NCBI GenBank assembly: GCA_051294375.1 | Contig: CM119266.1 | Span: 12,561,910 to 12,625,704, forward strand | Source of the DNA: Paraspadella gotoi | Taxonomy: Eukaryota; Animalia; Chaetognatha | Direction: 5' to 3' | Length of the DNA: 63,795 nucleotides | In this document: positions 27,621-42,000 of the stretch, in pieces | How positions within the stretch are numbered: position 1 is the first letter of the stretch | Layout: every line of letters begins with the position of its first letter | Made by a program: the position numbers and the translations under genes | The notes under the pieces: model-generated | The model's database searches: none | Told to the model about the DNA's origin: nothing | The model's input: the letters and a program-made list of their open reading frames with translations, nothing else

Positions 27621-28859
27621 GTTTTTCGGTTTTTCCTCCCCAGTTTTTCCGTACCGTTACTNNNNNNNNNNNNNNNNNNNNNNNNNNNNNNNNNNNNNNN
27701 NNNNNNNNNNNNNNNNNNNNNNNNNNNNNNNNNNNNNNNNNNNNNNNNNNNNNNNNNNNNNNNNNNNNNNNNNNNNNNNNNNNNNNNNNNNNNNNNNNNN
27801 NNNNNNNNNNNNNNNNNNNNNNNNNNNNNNNNNNNNNNNNNNNNNNNNNNNNNNNNNNNNNNNNNNNNNNNNNNNNNNNNNNNNNNNNNNNNNNNNNNNN
27901 NNNNNNNNNNNNNNNNNNNNNNNNNNNNNNNNNNNNNNNNNNNNNNNNNNNNNNNNNNNNNNCCCCCCTTTCCTTTCCTTACCATAATTTCTTCCTGGGC
28001 TTCGCCCGCTTTTGCCTTCTTTCCATCAGAGGAACTTTCCCCAATGAATGACAGAGATTGATCTTTCTTTTGGTTTACGGTTGGTCATTAACTTTCCTCC
28101 GAACTTCCTTTTGTCTTTTTTCCTCTCTTTTTCTCTCTCTTTTTTCTCCTTCCGAGTTTCGCCGGCAGGAGGCGAACGGGAGCCGAGTAATTTTTTTCTT
28201 TTTCTTCGGAACATTTCATCGCCGGGGAAAGTTTTGTTTGTTGCGGCAGAGGAAGCGATAAAAAATTATGAAGAGAAAATACAACTTAATCGAAAGAGAA
28301 AATAACAAGAAAAAGAAAAGTAATTTTTGACAAAAATACTTTTATAGAAAAAATCCAATCCATGCGTCATACGTATTTACTTCCTATAGTTTTATCCTTT
28401 CTTTTTCCCCCTGCAAATATAGACAGGAAAGACGCAAAAAAAATCTCACTGTTTCCTTTTTTTTCTTTCTCTCCATCTCGTCCTCTTGAGAAATTATTCT
28501 CTGTACTTCTTTTCTTCTTTTTGTGTCTTTTCTCTCTCTCTCTCTCTCTCTCTCGAAAGGCAGAAGAGACTCTCTCCATCTCCATACACTCTACCCGTCG
28601 TTCTAGTTTCCGCCTACATCTCTGTTTGCTCTGTCTTCACTCTCTCTCAAGATCTTACTCTGATTTCGCAGAGTAATGTTTTTTGAAACAAGTTTGAGCA
28701 CATCTCCTCTTCCCCTCTTCCNNNNNNNNNNNNNNNNNNNNNNNNNGTTGTCTCTAACAATACAAATAATAACTCTCGGCTGTCTAGAGCTCGTCGTCAT
28801 ACATCGTGCCTCCTTCTGCTCTCTCCTCTACTCTCTCGTGTTCTCGTCCTCACTCCGAC

Positions 28860-31800
28860 CCTTTATGCCTCCCTCGCAGATGCTCTATGCACCGTATGGT
28901 TGCGCCCCTGTCAAGGGGGAAGCCCGTCGAAGTATTAGGTTTCTCGGTTCCTCCAGAGCGCTGCTACAAGAGGACCGGCCGTTCAAAGATAATTGTTTGT
29001 AGCCAAAGGTTGCACGCCGTGTGCGTACGCTTCGTCATTCGCACGTCTGATGGCACGCAGGTTGATGGCCAGCCTCAGCCGGCGGTGCGTCCTTACTGAG
29101 TCGTGCTCGGTGATAATCGGTGTCCTCCTCTCACTGATTGTGGCCCAACGTTACAAGTTTTGCAGTCGGCGTCGATCGCGTAGGTGGGAGGTAGTTCCGT
29201 TCAATGTTGTGTTCCAGGACCAGTGCAGTGGTATAGATTCCGGGACAGCGTGTGCCCATCGCCAAGAGTTAACGTTTTCAGAATAATGCTGATGGCCAGA
29301 GGTCTCTCACGTCAAAAGTTGGGCTCGCCACAGATGGGCGTAAAGAAGTGTCGATGCGATAAAATAAAAAGATATATTGCAGACAGGACGAAAAAGAGGA
29401 GAGCGAGAGGCTTGCCCTTAAAGACCGAACGAGGACGGCCATAGTACAAGTATGAGCTCGCGAAGGAAATGTTGCTCAAAAGTTCAGACAACAGTAAAGA
29501 GACATGAAGAAGGTGGGACATACGCGTGCAGTATAGGCGAATATACGAAAGCAAAACAAGAAACGAAACTAAAACGAACGGACATTCTGTCTTGTGTCCA
29601 GAAGTTGTCTCCGAGGAGAGTGCTTCCGCCAACTCAAAATTCTCTCCGTGCTGTGCTCGACTGCAGTACTGCCCGAGTACAGATCCATTGAGCGACCGGG
29701 GTAGCGCTCTTTAGGACCACATCAGTCGGTTCAGAAGTTGCGCACGGCAGCGCACGACCGGGATGCTGCAGCGTGAATTTTCGCGCGAGCTGACAGCAGC
29801 CTCGTCCGGTATGACTGTCCGCGATGGTCCTACTACTCTATATCGAGGCGAGATCATTCGTAGATGCACTTGCGTGAGAAGCTCGTGAGCGAGAGACCAG
29901 TCTCAACGGATGTACTAAGATATCATGAACACACATGTTCCTAACTTTTATTTTTTAACTGTGCTCTCCTATCTCTCTATTACTCACCTCTTCTGTTGTC
30001 TCCCCTAGTTCACTTCCGTCCCCGTGCTGTGCTGCCACTACTCAGATCTGCAGGGTGCTGGCTCGTTCTCGTGTCGGCTCATCTGCGGTGGCCAGAGTCT
30101 TGCATCTCTCATAGGGTCTCTCTCTTCGATACAATACTACATCTCTCTCTCTTCTCTCCTCTCCTTTCCTCATCCATAACAAATAACATCCCAAAGGTCG
30201 ATAGACTCGCTTCCCGCTCGTTGGCTCCAAAGTATGGCAGGTTAAGTCGAGATTGCATCCGAGTGGCTAATTCTGGCAAGAAGGAGAGAGAGTCACAGCC
30301 CGATGGCTCAATTTTCTACGATTTGACTGCCGGGCCGCGCGAGCGAGCTCCGCGGAGCTGTGCGACTCTGGCCTAAAACGCGCTGTCACGAGGCGTGAAG
30401 CGCGCTTGGGGTTGCCGACAAGGTATGTGGCCAGAGGAGTTGGTCATGGGCCGTAGCGTGTAGAGAGAGTTGCGAGCGTAGACGAGCTATACACGTAGTC
30501 AGAGCGGATAAGAAAAGTGGCCTAGAGTCTGCCGATGAGGATAGACGTGTGAGGTCGGCCTAAGGTGGCTGGGTGGCTGATGGCGCGGAAAAGTGTGACC
30601 AATAAAAGTTGCGAGGGTATGCGCGGATGAGAGAGGGTGCGCTTAAGGTCAAAGAGTTGAGACGAAGGTGATGGCAGAAGTCGGTGGTGGTGGACTTCAG
30701 TATTCAAGTACGTGATCGCAAATTGACTGAGACTAAGATAAGAGAGAGAGATGAACGACATGATTGAGGATGAGACAAGTGGTGATCCTAGATTTCTGAC
30801 CCGGTCAACGGCGTGCAGCGATCGTGATAGCGGAATGACCAATTTGTGCCCCTCAAGTCACGGGTTTGTAGCGCGTCGGGACCGCTCTAGACGAGTTGGA
30901 CTGCCAGCATAGTTTATGGCAGACGGTGAAGGTTGCGAGAGTCCTACGGTGTCAGCGCGGACGCTTCGTCTTTTTTTTCAGCTCATATCAAAGTTTGCAG
31001 GCGAGGAGAGGTGTTTGACTCATGGGTGACGGAGGCAGGAAGAGGAGAGATGTGTTCCAGACTGACGCGGTTTTTCGGGGCTCACTTGTGGTGTGTTGAA
31101 GGCAAGTGGCTGGCTGTGAGCCATTACCCTAGAGGGTTATTTGCTTAATTGTTTGGCTCAGGGAAATGTTTCGGGTAGTAGTCAGATAGGCGTAACGAGG
31201 TTTTAATGGGCCAAACACCACCGTGGGCCCACTAAGCTGCGACTGACCGAACTGTTAAGCGTGCGAATAGAGCGTTTCGCGGCGACTGGAGAGGTTGGCC
31301 TAAGGCGGTGCAGAGGGCGGCATGGATTGCTTCCAACCTTTTCTATTAATCTCTCTCTTTTCCGCCCTTTTCCCCCCTTCTCAATTCACCTTTTCGCCGT
31401 CAGGGGAGCCCGTCGAAGAATCTCGGTTCTCCCGTTCAAGAGGCCGTAAAATTGTTGTGACGCTTCGTCATTCGAGTCTGGGCGCCATTTATGGCCACGC
31501 CTACTGTCTTTTTCTTCTCCTCTCACTATTCGTCGTCGTCGTCGTCGTTTTAGTATTTCCCAATGTTTTCCGGGACACTCGGGACTTTTTTTAGGGCGAA
31601 AAGTTGGTGAGCGATGAAAAAAAAACAAAGATAAAGAAACAAAGGACAAAGAGACCAAAATCTGACTCAAAATGTTTAATTCACAACAAGTAAAACTAAA
31701 AATAAAATATATATAAAACAAAACAAGAAACGAAACGAAACTAAACGACATTCTTCTTTTGGGCCCCAACAATTCTCTAATCATCGCCTCTCCAACGTCT

Positions 31801-32061
31801 GATCTCCATTACGACCGGGAGGCTCTTAACTCTTCGTCGTCGACGCCCCGGATCTTGAGCGTTTCGCGCATGCGCTCTCGTTGCTTCCATTCTACAAAGA
31901 TCTTAATCACCGGGCGAAAACGTCTCGCGATGACTAAGATATTCATGCAACAGTTCCTAACTTTTTTTTTAAACTGTGCTCTCCTATCTTCTCTATTACT
32001 CACCTCTCTTTCTCCCTATACATCCTCCCCTCTCTCTCTCTTCATCTCTTCTCTCTCTGCG

Positions 32062-32097
<36 letters not shown>

Positions 32098-32730
32098 CTC
32101 TCTTCTCTCTCCCTCTCTCCCATCATCACTCATCCCCGGTTGATAACTCGCTTCCCGTTTTTTATGGTTAATCAAATCCGTCGGCGAGAAGAGAGAGTCA
32201 CGCCCGATATTTCTCAATTTGACTCCGCGCGCTCCCGTGAGCCGACGGCCAAAACCGTAGCAGCCTTTGGGGTTGCCGACAAGTTGGGTTTGCCTTTGGG
32301 GTTGCCGACAAGATCTCGTTATAGAAAAAAGGGGGTAAAAAACTTGGAGTGGCGTTCGGGCGGGAGAGTGTGGCAAAGAGTTGAGACGAAAATAAGATTC
32401 GTGTTGATTAAGTATTCAAACTCATCGTTGACTGATTCGGAGACAAAGTGACGATGATGATGAGACAAGTGAGTCTGAGACGTCAACGGTTATCATGACA
32501 ATTGGCTAAAGGTCAGGTTGACGCCGGGTTGCGAGATGCCAATGTTTAGTGGTCACGGGCTGGCCTTCGTTTTTGTGTTGGGAAAGATTTGCTGACGGTT
32601 TTCGGGCTCTTTTGTTGTTGTAAGTGTTTGGTCCCTAATTTCTTTTTCTCAGGGAAATTTCAGCAATTACAATTTAATGGGCCCAACACCACGTGGGCAC
32701 TATGCTGCGACCACCACTTTAACCGAATAC
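28860..32730. repeat. Insertion-riddled copy (about 28860-31260) of the adjacent segment at about 31350-32730; probable raw long-read artefact
   Basis: Colinear shared anchors are agcccgtcgaag, gcttcgtcattcg, aaaacaagaaacgaaac, actaagatat, gttcctaactttt, ttggggttgccgacaag and tttaatgggcc. The first copy is much longer through scattered insertions and follows a 25-N gap. Confidence 0.8.
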
Positions 32731-33237
32731 GTCGGTGCTGAATTTCTTTATTAGAATAGATGTTCAAATTCCAAAGCCAAGAGAGAATATTTTTTTTGCG
32801 GAGGAAAAGAAGTCAAAAAACTTACGCACTATTTGGTTTCGGCTAATTACATTTTTTCCTTCTTTTGCTTCTTCAATTTTTTTTCTTCAAAAAAAAAAAA
32901 GTGGGAATTTGGGGCAGAAAAGAATTTAAAGAATTTTCAGCAGTGAAAAGATCCGCCCCTTAACAAGAAAGACGTTCTCTTTTTTGTAACGATGTGAATG
33001 ACAGTGTGATCTAGCCGTCAACTATTAAGGCTTTCACTTCACTCGACACTAACTTTCACTACTATCGTTATCATCATCGTCATCATCATCATCATCATCA
33101 TCCTCGTCGTCGTCGCGAACGGAAGAGAATGAGTTTCGCTTTTTGGATTTTAAAACCGGCGGACGTCATCGACTCCCTTTTGTTTGAAAGTGTCGGAACC
33201 TCGGCACATCCGGGGACTCTTTCTCTCTCTCTCTCTC

Positions 33238-33272
<35 letters not shown>

Positions 33273-33276
33273 CTCT

Positions 33277-33308
<32 letters not shown>

Positions 33309-33877
33309 GTTTTGATCTCCCTACAAAAAAATATGTAAATTCGTTTTTGCACATTAGCAAAAATTATTTTTATAAGCAAGAAAAACTGAACAAAGGCACG
33401 TTTCGCAGTTCGGCTCAATTTTAAAAATTTACCTTAAAGTTAATTTTCATCCCATGCAATACAAGCTTTGACATCAAATGAGTTAGATAGTATCACATTC
33501 TATAGACTGCAACTTTTCACTTCACAAAGTTCAAACATCACCGTCAACATTAAGTCGGTCACTTTCTCTCGACAATTCCAAATCCTCCTGGAGATTCTCT
33601 CCCATTTATTCGCAAGTTGTTAAGTTGTAAACACATTGTTTCCCACGAAATGGCCGGAGAAAAAAAGGTTGTAAACTTACCTTTTGTTTGGCGAAGAGGC
33701 GGGCGTGGAGCGAGAACACGGGAGGTGGGGAAAGAAAAAAAAGTAAAAAAGGGGAAAAAAGAAATTCGGAGTTAGTTGATTAAAATTTGAATACTCCCCC
33801 CCCCCTGCAGCGCCAGTGATTTAAGGCCCAGGATATAAATTTATATCGTCTCTTCAACCTTGTATGGGTGAGATAGA

Positions 33878-33921
<44 letters not shown>

Positions 33922-35157
33922 AGAGGAAAGGAAAAATGAGAGAGCGAAAACATTATTTTTTTATCACCTTGAACCAAGTTTTATATTGAAAAATAAACCT
34001 TCGAGCAAAATATTTTGAGAAACCACCGCAGCTTTTGAATGGATTTCAATTCAGCATTTTTGAGTCGATGCTTGTAAAGACTATTGAAATGACCTCATCA
34101 GTAATTGGGCCTTATTAGGCTTTTCAATAATATTTTTATTAATGCTTAATGCTTGTTACTGTTTCATGCGTAAGTTTTGGTATTCATTTTTCTTTTTTTG
34201 TCCCTCGCAATTAATTTGCAACTTTTTTCAGAAAGGTCCGCTTAACAAAAATAATATCGTCCTCTAAAAACAAATTATTTAAACATTTTCCTCTCTTTCA
34301 TTCGCGCGGCCTTACTTGTCCTTCCTTGCATTTACTTTTTATATCCATAAAATTCCTTTATAATCGAGTGAGTTCTCTCTTGGATTTTTCTTTACTTTCT
34401 CTCTCCTCCCATTTCTCCTTCCATCTCTCCACCCCACCCCAACCACCCTTCCCCTACCAACCACCATCTTCGGCATTGAATGAGATGTAAACATTCCTCG
34501 AGATCTTGAAAAACATTTTCAGGGACGAGGAGTGAATCAAGACGCGGAAATGAACTGGCAATCGTCTCTCCAATCGTATCCCGGAGGCGACTGGCATTTT
34601 CGCGACTTGTTGCTACGAGGGCGTACGGCATCCCACGCGCGAGAACTCCATAATAGCCAGAGGCTGTCGCGAGCGAGTAGCAATTAAACCCGTTTAAATC
34701 GCGCGAGCAAAACCCCTGGCGTCGTGCGTTTAAAAACATCCGATTTCTGAGACAATCGCCACTCAATGCCATCCGCTGACAGAAAAGGGAATCGTATTTC
34801 TGATTCCGAGTCCATATCTCTCTGTTTTTTCTTGGAATGAAAATCGTATGCATGAGCGGATTAAAACATACGTCCTCCATGGAGGCTATCAGCCAATCCT
34901 GGCATCTTTCTTTCTTTCTTTCTCTCTTTCTTTCTTTCTTTCTTTCTTTCTTTATTTCTTTCTTTCTTTCTCTCTTTCTTTCTTTCTTTCTTTATTTCTT
35001 TCTTTCTCTTCTTCTTTCTTTCTGTCTCCTTTTCATTTTTCGATTCTAAATAAGTTTTTTCATCTCTTCTCAAATTTTATTTCTTTTTATTCTCTTTTTG
35101 AAATATTTTTTCTCTCTCATATTATCCCGGTTTCCTCTTCATTATTCTCGCTTCGTT

Positions 35158-35190
<33 letters not shown>

Positions 35191-36585
35191 TCTGTGTTTC
35201 TTATTCATCTTTCATCCTTCGAATTAGCCATCGCCTCTACCGAGAATTTCCTTCCTCAATTTCTTTTCTCTTCATTTCAGGATCCTCTTCCTCCTTTTCT
35301 TTCCTTTTTATTTCCATTTCCTCTCTTATTTTTCTCTTTTCTTTTTCTCCCGGAGATGCCAGTTACTTCTTCAAAAAGAAAAAAAATATTTTTTTCCAAG
35401 ATGGCGCCGAAAAGAAAAGGAGAAACTTCCGTACGAAGCCCAATTTTCGCGGTGAATAGTCGATCCCCGGATGTGAGAGGAAAATTGCACGACGGATGAT
35501 GTATGGACATCGAAAGGGACGCATAACTCAGGTCTGCTGTCGTCGCCGTCGTCGTCGACGTCATTGCGCGGTTGTAGTAGAACCAATGGGTGTCATAATC
35601 GTCACAAAAAAAGTCGCATTCGAAGTCATCAGTTTCTTCGACGTCGTTTTCGTCGTCGTTTTCGTCGTCTTCCCAACTCTGCAGTTTGTCACTGTCGCAG
35701 CGAGTTCGAATGTAGGGCGCCTCGAGAAGCAAAGAAAGAAAACTTCTAGTTATTACTGGCAATTATTATCGAGCGAGAAAAAGTTTGAAAGTAAAACGGA
35801 ATAGACGTCGGGCCGTGGAGACGAACTTTTGAGAGAGAAGCCTAAGTGGGCGTGGCTGGCGATCAAGTTACTAGATATATAACATGGAAGAGATGACACC
35901 AGTTTAGTCCAGTGTCGTTTCGATTGCAGTTGGCAACAGCAATGAGCAGAGCGAAGTCAAGTTCAATTCGTTTTCTCGTATTTCTTCTTCGTGTAAACGA
36001 CGACGACGAGACGACGACGACGACGACGTCGATGCTTCAAACCGAAATCCGGTCTCGTTTGAAGTCGCGACTGGCGACTTCACAGTGATACTTTTTACTG
36101 AACTGATGAGAGTCTTTCATCAAAATTATGAATGTGTAAAAACAATTGATAATTAGCTATTATAAGCATAGATATTTTGGTTATTATTACAGTAGATTAT
36201 TTGAAAATGAACGCCGCGACTTTTCTCCCAAAGTTTTCCTTTTTCTCGATTTCCCAATTCCTCAAGTGCTCCCTTCTCTCTCAATTCACTCTTTCCTCAA
36301 AAAAACGGCCTGCTCCTCCTCCTCCTCCTCCTCCTTCACCTCCTCCTCCCGAGCCGACCTCCCTCATGGGTTCCCTATATTTGACCTTTGAACTCTGAAT
36401 CTGACCGCGAGACTTCAGTCAAACAACATCATCAAATGGAACATGAATTGAAATGTTTTTTTTTTCCCCAAAAATGCGGATAGAAGGAAAAAGAAGAAAA
36501 GTTATTACGTGATTGTTCTACGTTCATCTGGGGTTATTTTTAATTATACAGTATGTATTATTTGTTTACTTTGTGTCTCTGGGTT

Positions 36586-36701
<116 letters not shown>

Positions 36702-39426
36702 GAGTGAGACAAAGATAGAGACGGAGACCCAGACAGAGACACCTCTCCTTGGATCCTCGCGGAAAATGCCACGCGTTTTTTCAAGAGCCGGGTTCAACTC
36801 AAAGGACGCAAAAGGAAAATTGTGAATTGGACTGAAAGTGGAAAAGGGTCGTTCCAACTTTTTCTTTTATTCTTTTTACCTCTCCCCGATTTTTTTCTCA
36901 TTTTCTCACCCTTCTTTCTTTTTTTCCTTTTTTTCCTTTCATTTCTTCCATTTTTCTTTTTCTTTTTTTTTCTTCTTCCTTCAATTTTATTTTTCTTTCC
37001 TGGACCGGTCTTTTCGGATTTTTTTTTTTTCATCAAATCTATTTTTTCATCTTAAAGTTCTTTCTTTTTTTTTCATTTCCTATCTTTTCATATTTCTTTC
37101 TCTCACTCTTTCTGACAGTCACACTTCCCCTTTTTTTCCTCTATCCCCACTTTCCATCTCTCACAGGAGGTCAAAAATGAGTNNNNNNNNNNNNNNNNNN
37201 NNNNNNNNNNNNNNNNNNNNNNNNNNNNNNNNNNNNNNNNNNNNNNNNNNNNNNNNNNNNNNNNNNNNNNNNNNNNNNNNNNNNNNNNNNNNNNNNNNNN
37301 NNNNNNNNNNNNNNNNNNNNNNNNNNNNNNNNNNNNNNNNNNNNNNNNNNNNNNNNNNNNNNNNNNNNNNNNNCGCAGCTGCAGACAGAGAGATTTCTTG
37401 TCAACCGGATTATTTTTAATTCAATTTTTCTCTTTCTTCACAATTTTTTTTCTCTCGAATCCGAATCATTGACGCTATTTAATGTTTAAGTCACGCTTAA
37501 GGTTTTTTTTTTATTTAACAAGCGCAGGAATTGCTTGCTAATGAAGCGATGCAAATTTTTCAATCGCGCGAAGATTTTCTGTTGGGGAAAAAAATATCGG
37601 TTTTTTTNNNNNNNNNNNNNNNNNNNNNNNNNNNNNNNNNNNNNNNNNNNNNNNNNNNNNNNNNNNNNNNNNNNNNNNNNNNNNNNNNNNNNNNNNNNNN
37701 NNNNNNNNNNNNNNNNNNNNNNNNNNNNNNNNNNNNNNNNNNNNNNNNNNNNNNNNNNNNNNNNNNNNNNNNNNNNNNNNNNNNNNNNNNNNNNNNNNNN
37801 NNNNNNNNNNNNNNNNNNNNNNNNNNNNNNNNNNNNNNNNNAGAGAGAGAGAGAGAGAAGAATGCGACGAACTCTAATGAAATTGGAAGATTCATCGAAG
37901 AAGTCACGTGAAAGGCACAGACCGTGAAAACTGGTGGCGCACTGATGGCGCGGAGGGCAAAGTTTGGCGTGAGATGATGACGCTGTAGACGATCCCTAGA
38001 ATTACTCACACGCTTCACGCTTCATTTTTTCTTTGCGAGTGTGTCATCACCAGTTTTTACTTTTCTTTGTTTAAAAAAAAGTCTTTCACCTAATAGCGCT
38101 CTCATATTTTCTTNNNNNNNNNNNNNNNNNNNNNNNNNNNNNNNNNNNNNNNNNNNNNNNNNNNNNNNNNNNNNNNNNNNNNNNNNNNNNNNNNNCTTTT
38201 AAAGTTATATATATATTGTTTAATCGGATTTTTTAAGCGCGAAACACCAAATTCCGCTATTTTTATCTGACTCGCACCGCAGTATCCAATAATTTTTCCC
38301 CCCTCCTTCATAGTATTCGTTTACCAATAGACAAAATATATGATTAATAATCGGTTTAAAATTCTTAAAATAAAATAGAGGCGAACCGAACGGTTCTTGC
38401 GATATTTACTGAATTTGTAAAACTGGGACCAAGACTAAGTATTCCTAATTTTTTTTTTTTTTTCGATCTTATCGAATTCAATAAGCGACATTAAACACTC
38501 TCCCTTCGACCGCACAAGGGCCACACTGACGCGATAACTCCTCGTCACCCTAATATCTCATTTCCCCTCAAATTCCCAATCACGAAATTACCCCCNNNNN
38601 NNNNNNNNNNNNNNNNNNNNNNNNNNNNNNNNNNNNNNNNNNNNNNNNNNNNNNNNNNNNNNNNNNNNNNNNNNNNNNNNNNNNNNNNNNNNNNNNNNNN
38701 NNNNNNNNNNNNNNNNNNNNNNNNNNNNNNNNNNNNNNNNNNNNNNNNNNNNNNNNNNNNNNNNNNNNNNNNNNNNNNNNNNNNNNNNNNNNNNNNNNNN
38801 NNNNNNNNNNNNNNNNNNNNNNNNNNNNNNNNNNNNNNTCTGCGATGGCATACTTCACCTCTTCTGCTTTTTTCCTTTCTTTCTTTTTCTTCCTTCGATT
38901 ACCGAACGTTTGCGTCTCTTTTCCTTACCTTTCTTTTTTTTTCATTTCTCCTTACCATTTCCATTTTCCAAATTTTTTTAATTTTCTTTTTTTTTTCTTC
39001 CAAAATTTCTTTTAGACCTTGACTTTTAAGTTTGGATTTAGGTTTTACTCATCACGCCTCCGCATATTAGATTATTNNNNNNNNNNNNNNNNNNNNNNNN
39101 NNNNNNNNNNNNNNNNNNNNNNNNNNNNNNNNNNNNNNNNNNNNNNNNNNNNNNNNNNNNNNNNNNNNNNNNNNNNNNNNNNNNNNNNNNNNNNNNNNNN
39201 NNNNNNNNNNNNNNNNNNNNNNNNNNNNNNNNNTTTTCCCGTTGACTTTTGGCGTCCTTTCATTTCACGCTCTCTCGCCATTTCCTCTCTTCCTCACTTT
39301 CATCCTTTTTCTGCCATTTTGATTTAGACTTTTAGCTTCGACGAAATATGAAATTCTTTTTAGGTACGAAATGAACAATATAAAACCTATATAAACAAAC
39401 TTACACGCCTCCTAACATTGGCTGTG

Positions 39427-39467
39427 GTAGATTAAGACCTCCATCCGTAGATTAAGACCTCCATCCG
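39427..39467. repeat. Perfect 20-bp tandem duplication (GTAGATTAAGACCTCCATCC x2)
   Basis: Read directly from the sequence. Confidence 0.95.
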
Positions 39468-40056
39468 CACATGATAATAACATAACAAGACCGAATAAGA
39501 TTTCAATGAAGTCAATCTCGTTTCTTAACTCCCAGAGTGATTGGTTTCCCTGTCAATAAAGTGATAAAATATTTTTTTTATTCGTTTCAATTGGATAAAA
39601 TGACCAAATCGTAGTTCCTACGAATACAATAGACAATTGACCGACAGTCGTAGGTACAATTACCCTAAAACTTGTCGTCGTCGTCGTCGTCGTCGTCGGC
39701 CCCCGTTTTTTTTCTCCCAACGGAAATGAATCGTAAAGAATTTATTTTCCGTCATCGTTTTTAGCGTCGACTTTTACTCTTTCCTTTTTTTTTCTAACAA
39801 AAAAGAAAAAAAAGGAATCGTTCATTTCTAAGAAAAGATAAAAAAGGAAAGAAAGGGAAGAGAGAGAGAAAGGAAAGGAGAAAGAAAGGGGGAGGTGGAA
39901 GGAAGTAGGGATTTATGTAGGCGGTCGATGTGGACGGAGAAAAAAGCTTTTTTCATAATCGTCGACGTCGTTAGGATCTTTTTTTCCGTGGTGGAGTTCG
40001 GCCTCTCCGAACAAAATCCCGCGACCACCTCGGAAGATCGTCGAGTCGCCCAAACG

Positions 40057-40142
40057 ACCACCAAACAGAGGGTGGACCACTTAACAAAGAAAGGACCACT
40101 AAACAGAGTCTCCACCACTAAACAGAGACTCGACCACTAAAC
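40057..40142. repeat. 19-bp minisatellite, about 4.5 copies (consensus ACCACTAAACAGAG plus 5 variable nt)
   Basis: Units start at 40057, 40076, 40095, 40114 and 40133. Confidence 0.85.
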
Positions 40143-40831
40143 GGACAAACAAAATTTAATTTGCTTTTTTCCGCTTCCATCTAACCAATCACATTGACTC
40201 GAGTCAAAATTTAAATCGCATCTTGATAAACTAATAGTTTTTTAAACCAATCGCGCAATCTTTATTTCTCCCTTACTTTCTCCCGCGTCAGCTCCCGACA
40301 CCGCTTATTCAAAGCCCGNNNNNNNNNNNNNNNNNNNNNNNNNNNNNNNNNNNNNNNNNNNNNNNNNNNNNNNNNNNNNNNNNNNNNNNNNNNNNNNNNN
40401 NNNNNNNNNNNNNNNNNNNNNNNNNNNNNNNNNNNNNNNNNNNNNNNNNNNNNNNNNNNNNNNNNNNNNNNNNNNNNNNNNNNNNNNNNNNNNNNNNNNN
40501 NNNNNNNNNNNNNNNNNNNNNNNNNTTTTGAGTGAATGGTCATGTATATCTAGTGAAAAGGAAAGTGAAAATGACAGGTTTGTCCTTGGGGGTGAAAGAC
40601 AATGATACTTGCAGGGAGGCGTGGGTGCTCTCGAGTGAAAGAAAGATCGTCTACCGGATCTGAGTTGAAGCAAAAGANNNNNNNNNNNNNNNNNNNNNNN
40701 NNNNNNNNNNNNNNNNNNNNNNNNNNNNNNNNNNNNNNNNNNNNNNNNNNNNNNNNNNNNNNNNNNNNNNNNNNNNNNNNNNNNNNNNNNNNNNNNNNNN
40801 NNNNNNNNNNNNNNNNNNNNNNNNNNNNNNN

Positions 40832-40862
<31 letters not shown>

Positions 40863-42000
40863 AGAAAGAAAAGAAAAGAAATAACAAGAAACTCTCCGAT
40901 GTCGACTGATAAAACAAACTCGAGAAGCAAGATAAGTGTAGGAAAAAAAGGCTTCACTTACTTCGCCGCATGAAGACAGTTTGACTATTTAAAAAAAAAT
41001 AGAAAACTTTTACACGCCCATTAATTTAATAACTTAATTCTTTAGAATTTAAAAAAAAATCAAAATTGCGGCGACGTACGGGAAATAAAATTAACTTATA
41101 AAAAGAAGAACAAAGAACGGGAAACTTGAGCTTAAAAGAAAGGCAAAAAAAAGAGCAGTTTTTGCGCCGGCAATAATGTAGAGAAAAATAAAGAAGAGGA
41201 ATCAATGAAGGATAAAAAGGAGAAGAAAAAGTCGGAGGCGGAAGATAAAGAAGCTAAAAGGAGATGAAAAGGAAGAGGAAAGAAGAGGAGGAAAGGAAAG
41301 GGAGAGAGAGAGGCTAAATGCAAGTTTAAGAACCGGAGGAAATTAGGCGGTGGGAGCCGAGAGAATAAAAAGAAAGAAAAAAAAAGAATGTAGAGAAAAA
41401 AAAAAAGATGAGAAGAAAAGTAAAAAGAGAAAAAAAAAAGAAGAAAGATAAAAAAAAAAACTTTGTGAAACAAAAGGGGAAAAAGAACAAAGAGGTAATT
41501 TTTGCGAGAGGAAGGAGCGACGGAAGAGCATAACTAAATACGAGGAGAATTCAAAATGGCGGAAGGGAGAATGAGAGACTCCCTTTGACAAAGAAGACTC
41601 GAGAGTCAAAGTGAAGGCAGAAGATAAGTAAAGAAAGACACAATGAAACTCTCTCTCGCTATCTCTTTCTCTCTGTGTGTCTCTTTGGAGCACCCTGTCT
41701 CTCGAGTTCTTGCTCTCTCCTCTTCTGTCTCTTTCTAATTTTCCCGATTCTTTTGACTTAGGTTTGGAAGAAATGAGAAATTCCAACGAATAATTAGGGA
41801 ACCTTACAAAAGAAAATTTCTCAGAGTTTAAAAAAGGATATATCGATCGAAAAATAACTAAAATAATTTGAAGTAAGTTTTAAAAACACCAAAAGCTAAA
41901 GAAAAACGGAGAAAAATCGATTATGCAATAACGTTTTTGTAGTGGTTTTTTTTTTCGCCTCGCCGGGAAATCGCCTGCAATTTTCTAGTTTTCTTGAGAA

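Noticed and set aside
28676-31148. Cluster of short ORFs as a mobile element or foreign gene island
   Set aside because: There are no transposase, RT or integrase motifs, and the region is a noisy duplicate of 31350-32730.
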